Shown one piece after another: positions 1 to 10,730 of a DNA stretch of 64,000 bases. Under the pieces are notes generated by a model that was not told the origin of the DNA, did no database searches, and worked only from the letters and a program-made list of their open reading frames with translations. The DNA is taken from contig NC_045698.1 of the NCBI RefSeq assembly GCF_009834535.1, positions 11,472,001-11,536,000 on the forward strand, written 5' to 3'. Origin of the DNA: Camelus ferus (taxonomy: Eukaryota). Position numbers and translations under genes: made by a program. Numbering within the stretch: position 1 is the stretch's first letter; each line of letters opens with the position of its first letter.

Positions 1-1310
1 AGCTTAAGCCCTTCTAGGGCGGTTAGCTCCAAGGGATCTGAGAACTGTAGAAGTCTCTGCGGGCATTTATTGTTCAGTGCTGTGTTTATATGGGACAGGC
101 AATATCCTTATATGAACACTAATTTCACTTGCACAGAGATGCTTTGGTGGGAATTATCTAATGTATACATTTATAAGACTTTGTCTTCAGTAACTTCCAA
201 CCATTAATTCATAAGGGAGCAAGTTACCTTGACCAGATGTTAGTTTTTTGTTTAACTTCTCTTTTCTTTTCTTTTTTGTTTTTAAGAGCCAAATTATTTT
301 GACTCTATAATCCGATTTAAGTTGTTTGCCTCTGCCTCTTTGGAACCATTTTTCAGATTTTACCATTTTCTTCACTTTTTAATTACTAGAGGACTCTTAC
401 AAACCCATCTTTACTGTACTTATGGGATACAGTGGATCACTAGAATTTTAATGTAATAAAATATCATTTCAAAGCTATGAGCTAGAATGTGATTAATATA
501 TGATTTGGCCTGGAAAAATTTCCACTAACATGACTCAATAAATATTCCATATATAATATCTATTTTTAATATACTGGGATTTAAAAAACATACCTTGGAT
601 CTTTTTCTTGCTCTTCCTCATCTGTGTCATTTAAAGTGAGGACTTCAAAGCCAGACATCATGGTCAGATGCTGAATAGAGATCAGAGAAGCCAATTGACT
701 GCTCCAATGTTGAGCAGATGGGGCGTGACTCAAGGAAGTGATAGATGGAGCCTTTGAAGGTCCTCAGTGTTTCCACCAAGACTGGAGTCAAGAGAAGGGG
801 TTGCACGGGCAACTACTGGACCCAGATTGTACCAGGAGCTTCTAATCCTTCTTCCATTCCATCCCCCCAGTGACACATGAGATAACCATGAATACCCCAC
901 TTCAGAGCTCCTCAGCCTGGGCTTATTGCCCAAAGGGGACATTGGAGATCTCGGGAAACTTTTTCGATTGTCACAATGCAAGTGTGCTGTCGGCATCTAG
1001 CAGGTAGAGTTCAGGGATGCTGCTTCAATTATCATGCCCAAAACACCAAGAGTGTCAGGCTGAGAAACGTGTCCCATTTTACAGATCAGGCACCTGAGGC
1101 TCTAAAAGGTCCAGAGTTCATGAATATCAGAGTTAGAATCAAACTCAGGCCTGACTCAGACGTTGATGCTCTTTATCACTAAAACTCATGTCTTCTCAGG
1201 GAATAAGAAGTAAAACCAGAACATACAGTTCAGTTAACAGCCAGTTACAGACAATTATGAATATTAGGAGATTGTATCTTATAGGGATTGTGAAGCAGTT
1301 GAAGATTTAG

Positions 1311-1418
1311 GTTTATTTATTTATTTGTTTGTTTGTTTTTAATAGAGGTACTGGAGATTGAACCCAGGACCTCGTGCATGCTAAGTGTGCACTCTACCAC
1401 TGAGCTATACCCTCCCCC
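1311..1418 (-). mobile_element. tRNA-derived SINE, camelid Vic-1-like
   Basis: Reverse complement reads GGGGGAGGGTATAGCTCAGTGGTAGAGTGCACACTTAGCATGCACGAGGTCCTGGGTTCAATCTCCAGTACCTC with Pol III A and B boxes, then an (AAAC/AAAT)n tail. Confidence 0.85.
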
Positions 1419-2982
1419 AAAAAGCAGACATATTAAATTAAAAGAAAATTCTTCAGGAAAATGAAAGCTCAACTAGAAAGACATGGGGAAATGACACCAC
1501 GACACATAAATTCCTATTTTCAACCAATGTATTAGTCATGAAATTTCACTCCTTATGCTCTCCTGTTCACACAGACACACATTCTCCTGCTTGACAGCCT
1601 AGAGTTGCCAAAATTATAGAGTATCAAAATCAAATCAGACATTTTATTTTAGGCATTTTTTTCCCCAAAACTTTTCATTTTTAGTTGACAAATATCAAGA
1701 GATGCCCTCTGGCCATCCTGCTTGCTTCATTTTCTTCTTGTCGTCCCTCATCAAAGAAGTCCAGTGTGGCCAGGGTACCAATGAGGGATTCTGATCGAGC
1801 TTTGCTTGTGATATTGGTAGAACTTTGTTTTAGTGATAATGTTTCACACTTTGGGAAGTTGGGTTTATTTCACTTTCTGATGAGTTTATTCAAATTTTGG
1901 TCCTAGGCACTAATCTTTGAAAATTGTTTATTCCAGCCTCCCTTATCTTCTCACGTTGGTCCATCAGCATATTAATTTCCCGTAACCTGGCTTATTAGCT
2001 TCTCATTTACACAATCACTCTCAACAAGTCCAGTTAAATACTTAAGGATAGTGAGATTCTTATCACTGGACTCTCCTTGATGCACGACTGGATTCTGGGC
2101 CCAAACGACCCATAGGATGTTAGCACTGACAGAAGCCTCACACATTGTCTAGACCAGCCCCCTATTTACATTTTAGAGAAGATAAGGTCCAACAAGGCTG
2201 AGGGTCTTGGCCGAGGTCAAACAGCCAGTTAGCGGTCACCGTGGGACCACAGTTCTCACCTGTTGATTCTCATTTGCAGGCTCTGTGCACTACACTTTTT
2301 GACAAAATTCTTTCCCATAACAGAGCTCGTTGGAATGTGTTTCAAGATAACCTTTGCTAGGTGGTAGTGCATTCTACTCCATAGAATGTATTCTAGATTC
2401 CAGAACAGCGTGTTTCTACTCACTGTGAATTCTTTAACATACTTAGCATTTTTTGTGGTTTATTAACTGGCCTTGCCGAGATAATGCCTGGTTTCTTAGA
2501 TCCCGGTGTGACAGCAGAGGTGCTGGTAACTAGCCATTGCTCTAACACTTGAACAGGAAGGGCTGTTGTTGTCACTGTCTTCTCAAAGATGAGGCACTGT
2601 CACTGGCTCCCAAGGATGGCTGCCTCACAGACCACACATGCATACACTTTTACCAGAATGACAGATGTTTGCTTTGTCCATATTTCTGTTGTCTTTTAAA
2701 AGAGCAACAACAATTGCTCCAACTAAAAGGCAGGAATCAAATCCTGTGTTCCCCTGACAAACCAAAGCCTTTGCTCAGCCACCCGCAGATTTGAAGGCAA
2801 GAGGCATCTTTGTGCACTGGGTGTTGGGACAGATGTTAGTGACAGTTATATGCACACCCAGACAAAGTCCATCTGTCCTGACTCTGGGAAAATGCACAGT
2901 CCTTGGAGATTCTCAGAGCCCTTGAGCACAGAGGATAGGGTTGGGGTAAAGCCTCATTCCCCACACCTTCCAACCTCTGTTG

Positions 2983-3592
2983 TTTTTTTTATTGAAGTAC
3001 AGTCGATTTACAATGTTGTGTTAATTTCTGGTGTATAGCAGAGATTCAGTTATGTATACATATTCCTTTTCATATTCTTTTATGTTATAGACTGTTACAA
3101 GGTATTGACTATAGTTCCCTGTGCTATGTAGTAGGACCTTGTTATCTATTTTATATACAGTAGTTAGTATTTACAAATCCCAGACTCCCAGTTTATCCAT
3201 CCCCATTCCTTTCCCCCCCAGTAACCATAAGTTTATTTTCTATGTCTGTGAATCTATTCTGTTTGAAGTTCATTTGTGTCCTTTTTTTTTTTCTTTTAAG
3301 TTTCCACATATAAGTGATATCATGTGGTATTTTTGTTTCTCTTTCTGGCTTATTTCACTTAGAATGACATTCTCCAGGGCCATCCATGTTGCTGCAAATG
3401 GCATTATTTTAATTCTTTTTAGTGGCTGAGTAGTATTCCATTGTATAAATATACCACATCTTCTTTGTCCAGTTATCTGCCAATGGACATCTAGGTTGCT
3501 TCCATGTCTTTTCTATTGTGAACAGTGCTGCTGTAAACATTGGGGCACATGTATTAGTTTTGAATTAGAGTTTCCTCTAGATTTATGCCCAA
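2983..3592 (-). mobile_element. 5'-truncated L1 (3' UTR plus end of ORF2), cetartiodactyl type
   Basis: Poly-T start, then ATTGAAGTACAGTCGATTTACAATGTTGTG...CATCCATGTTGCTGCAAATGGC...GGCTGAGTAGTATTCCATTG; homologous to the copies at 21551, 26671 and 43945. Confidence 0.9.
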
Positions 3593-3890
3593 GGCCAAGC
3601 TTGGTTTTTCTAGCACACAGCATCAGGGCTCTCAAGAGAAGAGAAAGAACTGGTACTGTGGTCCTTTCAACCTTGCAAGCCCCACTGGTGTTCCCAAGTG
3701 GTGGATTGCTGACCACATGAAATCAGCAGCCCTCTGCAACACGGAGTATTGTTGGGGTTCCCCTTCTGGAAACTGTGGCACGTGCTCTCCCCATCATTAT
3801 CCACTATCTTTTGACTCTATTTGTATAAGGGACCAGGTTGCATTCACCTTATACTAGCACAAATTGATAATATGTGATCAGCCAGAGTTC

Positions 3891-4141
3891 TTTTTTTTAT
3901 TGAACTATAGTCGATTTACAGTGTTGTGTTAATTTCTGGTGTACAGCATAGTATTCATTTATTTTACATATATATATTTATATGTACATATATTCCTTTT
4001 GATATTCTTTTTCATTATAGTCTATTACAAGGTAAGGAATATAGTTCCCTGTACTACACAGTAGGACCTTGTTGTCTATCTATTTATATGTAATAGTGTG
4101 TATCTTCAAATCATGAACTGCCAGTTTATCCCTCCCCCCAC
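3891..4141 (-). mobile_element. L1 3' UTR fragment, same family as 2983-3592
   Basis: TTTTTTTTATTGAACTATAGTCGATTTACAGTGTTGTGTTAATTTCTGGTGTACAGC, colinear with the neighbouring copy. Confidence 0.88.
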
Positions 4142-5051
4142 CTTAATTAAACAGTATTTTCTGGGTCATCTACTACAGGCCAGGCGTAGGTACTGGCGTG
4201 AGCTAACATGGTGAGCTAAACTTACGGATAGAGTTAACACTGACTCTCTTTGGGAATGGAAGGAAGAGAATGGAGAGATAATGTTTATGGAATATTACAG
4301 AACCCAGGCATTTTTTGTACATTACTGCACTGAGTCCTCACCGGACTCCTGTTTCATAGTCATTATTATTACGGATTCACAAATTAAGAAATCAGCTCAA
4401 ATAGGTGAGATAGCATGCCCAGGTCGCAATGCAAGTGAGTGAGCAGAGCATCAGGAGGGGAGGTGGATGTCATTCTTTTCTGTACTTTAAGTGGCTTCAG
4501 TGGGGGAGAAAGCTGAAGAGGGCCACCCTGCCACGCTGAATGTGCCTTGGTAGCATCTGGATGGGATGGGAACGGGTAATCAGAAGGTGAGCAACCCTGA
4601 GTGGGAACAGAAGGTGGAAGCAGACAGGAACCTCAGCTCCATTAGAGTCCAGCTGGTGGGAGGGGCTAACCTGGCAGAAAAAGAATCTGTCCACCTACTC
4701 TCCACTCTGTGCTCCATCCAAAATGTGGGGCTGCTCGCTCCATCTGAGGAAGTCCCTGGGGGACTCAGGCGTTTCCTTGGGCATGAGTGTCAGTGTGTGT
4801 TGGGAGCATTTTCTCCTATATGGGCATGTGTACCCTCTGCACAAGGGTATCTAGGTTAACTGGAACCCACACGTGTTATACACAGCAATAAGTTTAAAGA
4901 GTGACCTCCTCTACTCTTTTAAATACTCTTTTTCTACTCTACTCCTCTAAAATTTCCCAAAGGCACTGCCGGATGACAGATTATCCCCTCTAAATTCGAT
5001 CTCACTTTTTTTTTTTTTTTTGTCTTTGCTTCTTTTCTTTTTAACCTAGTA

Positions 5052-5460
5052 TTTTCTTTATTGAGGTATTACTTGCATTCTATAAAATGAACAAAATTTA
5101 ATTGTACAGATCAGTAATTATTCACATGTAAACAGCCATGTAACCATTACTCACCCAAATCTAACTGTAAAACATTTCCAGCTCATCATAAGTTTGCTTG
5201 TACCTCTTCCAAGTCACTAATCCACAGCAAGAGAAAACATCTGTTTTGGTTACTGTCATTAAAATTTAATTTTGTCAGCTCTTAAAGATCATATAAATCG
5301 AACACAGCATGTGTTCCTTTTGTCTGCCCTTTCTCTTCAGCGTGTGTCTAGGAGTTGTCCATGCTGTGTCATGTATCAGGGATCTATTCCTGTATATTGC
5401 TCTGTAGTAGTCCATTGTCCATGTACGTCAGTTTTCTATTCTTCCATTGGAGGTCATTTG
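5052..5460 (-). mobile_element. Old L1M-type 3' end fragment
   Basis: TTTATTGAGGTATTACTTGCAT...AATTGTACAG...CCATGTAACCA...GTAGTAGTCCATTGT pattern typical of antisense L1MB/ME 3' ends; highly diverged. Confidence 0.6.
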
Positions 5461-6705
5461 AGATCTCATTTTATCTGCTCTCTGGAACCAGTGCCAGTAA
5501 GTAGTAAAAACCCAAGAATGGGAAGCCAGGAAGAGAAGTCATAAAAGGATTGAGAAAATCCCTAATAATTAAGGATTTTCAGTATTAATCTTTTCCACTT
5601 GGAGCATGTGCTTTCCAGTCATCATTTGATTTTTAAGAGCCCATTTTTACTTAAGAAGAAGTGTTGTCTTTTCTTGTACCAGAGAGTACAGAGTTCTGTT
5701 CACAAAATCCAAGGCAGAAACTTGACAGGTACCAGGCTAGTTTGATCCATGCAGACTCAATTTTTTAAATATCTACATGAGAACCTCAGAGAGTGGTGGA
5801 TGTGGCCTCACTTTGGTGCCAAATTCTCCTTCCTGTCTCTTTACTGTCCAACTTACTGCTTCTGTGCCCCATCACTGATCTTCCAAGGCTAGAGTGAGGG
5901 TGAGTGTCGAGGACTTAACGGTGCTGAGAATGGATGAAAATACAGGATTAGCCCTCAGGTCCCCCAGAGGGAAGGAACAAATCTTGGCAGAAAATTATGT
6001 AACACAAGCATCTCAGAGTAAGTGGAGAAACTTAGAGAAGCCAAAAAAGTTGTGCAGATTTCTGTTCCTACAGAAATATAGCCGTGACTCATGGTTTTAG
6101 GTTTTAGTAACATCAAATCAGTAGATGCGACAGAATCAGCAGGTTTGTATTTCTATCACAACCAGGCTTAAAAAGATATTAAAGAAAATATTATATTATA
6201 TAAGACATTTTTTTCACTATGACAGAGGATCTACCTTAATCTAGCCTTAAGTTAAAATGGAGTTTATTGTCTGGTGCAGTTGAAAAGTCCTGGTGTTGTC
6301 TTGCTTTAGGCTAGCTAAATTCAGGAGTTCCATGAATGGTCTCAGAGAACTGACTCTTCTTCCAAGACTTGGCTCTGATTTCAGCTGTATTGCTTTGATT
6401 TACTGAATGATTCTCCTTATAAGAGGGGAAGGGTTACCATTTTCAACCTAAATGGTCCCGAAAAGTTAACATCTCATAAGAAACCATTTTTGGTTCCCAG
6501 CATCCATTCCAGTCCCCAAAAGGTCCCTCATGGATGAGCAGACATCAATTCCAGCTTCTTTGGGACAGGTGGAGCCCCTGGACTGACTTCTCCAGACAAA
6601 TCCCATGAGGTCAGGGAGGAACGGGTCCCAAAGGAAAGTCTCCAAGGAGGGCAGATCCTCAGCTCTCCACCCCAGGCCTGCAGGAGATCCTGGTCCCACA
6701 GCAGC

Positions 6706-6725
6706 GGGGGGGGGGGGGGGGGGGG
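6706..6725 (+). repeat. Poly-G tract (G20)
   Basis: 20 consecutive G; a G11 run also occurs at 38619-29. Confidence 0.95.
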
Positions 6726-8527
6726 CAGAAATGGCTTAGCAAGCAAATGGGAGCTTACTTGGACGTAGGAGGAGGGCATTCGTTGGTGAGCACACTTTCA
6801 GAGAACCGCAGGGAGAAAGATTTGAATTGGGATTAGATTTGTCAGAGGCAAAGAAGACTCTATGACTTAACTCCTCCACTGCGCAAAGCTGAACTCTCCG
6901 TCAGCACCTCACAGATCTAGGGGGGAGCTGAAAATTGATGACAGGTCTGTAACTCTCAAAACATCCTCTCTCCTAATCCCCTCGCATCCTCACTCAGCAT
7001 TTTGCTTACTCTGTTCTTGGTCTCAGAGTCTCTCTCCTCCCATCTCTCCCTCCCTCCCCCTCTTCTTTCTCTTTAAAATAGCTCTTTGAAAACAGTACAC
7101 AATAGTGCCATTTGGGGAGGACAATTGCTTTCAATCCACTTTTACTTAGAGCTGTTTTCACCATAATTGTTGCTGAGATGAAATACTGACCTTTCCATGT
7201 TGAGAAAATTAAAAATGCCTCAAGGGTCAGAGAAAACAATCCCCTAAGTACCAGCTGCGGGGAAAATGCCCACATGAAGTGACTGCTCCCTTCCTGACAC
7301 CGCAGCATATAATTCCCCAGTTTTCCCAGAAGAATAGAGCTCCTGCCCCTTCTTATTATCTCCAAAGACACCAACAATGGGACCCCTCAGCCCAGAAGGC
7401 CCGCAGTGGCCAGCCAAGTCTTACAAAGAAACAATTGTGTGGATTTCTTTTTCCTAAGACAAAGTCTACAAGACCAAATATGTTGCTGGAGAAAAGGTCA
7501 TCTTTCTCCAGAAATGGTGCACAGTTGGGACAGCTGTAGATTTTGCTTCCGATTCTGCAGAGAGTGGCTACAACTCTATCCCTTTTTGTCCTGTGTGGTC
7601 ACAACAGTGAGCCACCAAACAGCAATGATTAGGTGAGTGAAGTTAATAAATGCTACCGAGACAAGACGTGTCCTTAACCATAGCTGGAATTAAAGGACTG
7701 ACTTCAATGTGTAATATAGAATGTGTCTATCAGAGAATCAGGAAGATGTTTACAAGTTGTAAATATGTGTTTATTGATATACTAGTCTACACATATGTGC
7801 ATATATCTAAGCGCATAGCCACATGTGATCAGAAATTTCCAGATGTCGCCTCAATGAGAAATGATTCCTGTATTTATAACTTTAATTTTATCAGTGACTA
7901 CTGCCCATCACTTACATGAAATGGGGTAGAATGAGGCAATTTTTGTCCATACCTAACCTGAAAGTTTAGTTAGAAACATTAGGAAGATTTGATCACTTTG
8001 GTAGGGAAATACATTTGGCACAAAGATGCACGTGTTTTCCACTTAAGTCGTAATATTTAAGTCTCCTTAATGTTAGGAACTTGTAAATTCGGATCTGTAA
8101 ATTTCAGGATAAAGTCCAGCACTAACTGTGCACTACTGCCCTCTCTCTCAGCCCTGCAGTCACTCAGTCCCTCCCCTTTCCAGAAGCAGGTGGTGTGAGT
8201 TATTGGCATGCAGCTCTTTGAACTCAGCATGCTGTTTATCAGCTCAGTGACTCTGCTCAGGGCTTCCTCTCTCTGGAACACCCTGCCCATCAACTCTGCC
8301 CTTCTCCTGAATGTCCTGCAAGACTTAACTCAAACACACTTCCTATATAAAGCCTTTCTTGACCTTTCTCAGCCTTTCTAAGGAAGATGGTGGCTGGTCC
8401 CATGGATAATATTTGTTACATGGACTGATCACGTAGACCAAAGTGATCAGTTCACTTGCTGTTCAACTACAACAGAGGATCTGTGTATCTTCAGTAATTC
8501 TGAGGTTGTTTCTCTAAATTGTGCCTC

Positions 8528-9131
8528 TGTGATGAGCAGAATAATTGCCCCTCAAATGTCTGCAGGCCAATTCTTGGAACCTGTGAATATGTTACATTAC
8601 ATGGCAAAAGAGACTTTGCAGATTGAATGAAGATTGTAGAACTTAATATATGGAGGTTAACCTGGACAGACAAGGTAGGCCCATTCTAATCACATGGGTC
8701 CTTAAAAGTGGAAGAGTGAGACAGAAGATACGCAACCACAGCAGAGATTTGAAGCCTAAGAGGGACTCAAGCCTGCCATTGCTGGCTTTAAAAATGGAGG
8801 AAGGGGAGCTCTGAGCCAAGGAATGTGGGTTCCCTTAGAATCTGGGAACAGCCCCTGGCTGACAGCCAGCAATGCAACCGGGACCTCCAACCTACAAATC
8901 AAAGTCCTGCAACCCTGAAGAACTGAATTCTGCTGACAACCCAAATAAGTGAGGGAATGGATTTCCCCTGGAAACTCCAGAAAGGAATGCAGACCTACCA
9001 ACACCTTGATCTTCTCCTGGTGGGTTCCATGTTGGGCTTCTGATCTACAAAACTATAAAATAATAAATTTGCATTACTTAAGCCCCTGAATCTGTAGGAA
9101 TTAGTTACAGCAGGAATGGAAAAGTAATACA
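8528..9131 (+). mobile_element. MaLR LTR (MLT1D/E-like)
   Basis: TGTGATGAGCAGAATAATTGCCCC...GAACCTGTGAATATGTTACATTACATGGCAAAAGAGACTTTGCAGAT...AATAAATTTG...GTTACAGCAG...TAATACA. Confidence 0.85.
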
Positions 9132-9156
9132 TGCTCTCTGGCATGGACTTTAGACT

Positions 9157-9633
9157 TGTTACTGAACTCAAGTTCAGCTCCTCACCACTCAAAGCCCAAT
9201 GACTTAAGAGGCAAGTGTTAGTAGAAAGGAAAGTTGCTTTAATCATAGAAGTCAGCAGTCTGGGGAGTTGGTGGACTCAGTGTCCCCCCTTCAAAGACCA
9301 TCTCCGAAGATTCTGCTCAGCCCCGAAAGATTTATAGGTAAGACGGGGAAGTAATCTCAGTTGATCATTGAGCTAGTGGGTCACAGTCCACATTACCCCC
9401 CACTGCTGTGCAGTCTTGTCAGTTCCTTGTGAATTTTCCTTAGATGCTATCTTGTTCGTACAGTTTGTTGATGAGATTACTGAAGGGGAGGCTAGGGAAG
9501 AGATCTGGTCGTCTGAATTACTTATTCTTCATTTCTACTTCTTTGATTAGAAAAAAAACCCAACAGGTTAGGCAAGTGACAAGACAAGAGGAGCCTCCTG
9601 CAAAGAGCTCTTCCCTGCCAAAAGCTGCTTACA
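9157..9633 (-). mobile_element. ERV1-class solo LTR (477 bp)
   Basis: TG...CA termini flanked by an exact 4-bp TSD GACT (9153-56 and 9634-37); minus-strand TATAAA (9331-36) lies upstream of ATTAAA (9238-43). Confidence 0.85.
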
Positions 9634-10022
9634 GACTCAACAGACCTGTGTTGTGTGCCCAGCCCCAGTGCTTATTTAGTGAAATCTTAGGTGCTAAGGC
9701 AGAGGGTCCTCATCTGTAAATGGGTAGAATCCCACGCCTTTTTCTTAGACCTCTGTGTGGAAAGCCTGAGAAAATACACTCAACATATGGTGGGCCCATT
9801 GCATATCTCTAACCCATCTGCCTAGAAGGATCTCCCTGCAAACATCTGCATGACTCCCTCCCTCACTTCCCTCAGGCTTCTGTTCCATGGAACCTTCTCA
9901 ATGAGACCTTCATTGGTAACACCATCTAAAATTTCAACTCTTTCCTTCACCCCCATCTCCATCACTCTCCAGTGCTATTTCATGCTTTATTCTTCCCATA
10001 ACGTTTATCACGGGACTGACTG

Positions 10023-10730
10023 TGTGTATCAGTTATCTGTTGCTTTGTGACAAATAATCCCAAAACTTAGTGACTTAAAACAATACACATTAATTTGATC
10101 TTAAGTGTTCTCACCACACACAAGCAAAATCATAACTAGGTGAGGTGATGGATATGTTCATTAGCTTGAATGTGGTAATCATTTCACAATGTGGACGTCT
10201 ATCAAAACACCATGTTATATGCTTAAATACGCAGAGATATAATTTTTACTTATCAAGTATACCTCATTAAAACGGAAGAAGAAAACAATACGCATTTATT
10301 CTTTCAGTATCTCTGGGTCAGGGGTCTGGGCACAGATGAGCTGGATTCTCAGAGCTTCAGGGTTTCTCACAAGGATAGAGAGTGTCAGCTGGGGCTGGGG
10401 TCATCTAAAGGCTCAGCTGAAGAAGTAGGCAATTGTTGGCTGTAGTCAGTTCATTGTGGGTTGTTGGACTGAGGGTCCTCCGTTCCTCACTGGCTATTGA
10501 TTGGAGGACGACCTCAGCTCCATGCCACATGGGCTTCTCATCAAAGCAAGCAAACCTAGAATGCAAGAGAGAGTGGCAAGACAGAAACCAAATGCTTTTA
10601 TAACCCAATCCAGGAAGTGACATCCCATCACTTTTCTTATGTTCTATTTCAAGAAGGCTGTCACTAGGTTCGGCCCATACTTAAGAGAAGGCAATTACCC
10701 AAGGGCGTAAATATCAGGAAGCAGCGGGTC
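10023..10730 (-). mobile_element. MaLR LTR (MLT1F/G/H-like) interrupted by an L1 fragment
   Basis: TGTATCAGTTATCTGTTGCT...CCCAAAACTTAGTGACTTAAAACAAT, resuming after 10282 with GCCACATGGGCTTCTC...GAAGTGACATCCCATCACTTT...GTCACTAGGT. Confidence 0.75.
10096..10281 (+). mobile_element. L1MA/MB-like 3' end nested inside the MLT1 LTR
   Basis: GATCTTAAGTGTTCTCACCAC...GTGAGGTGATGGATATGTT...GTGGTAATCATTTCACAATG; 19-bp TSD AAAACAATAC(A/G)CATT(A/T)ATT at 10077-95 and 10282-300. Confidence 0.85.

Noticed and set aside
1345..1418. tRNA-Ala-like gene
   Set aside because: The acceptor stem is imperfect and it runs into an (AAAC/AAAT)n tail, so it is a SINE rather than a tRNA gene.
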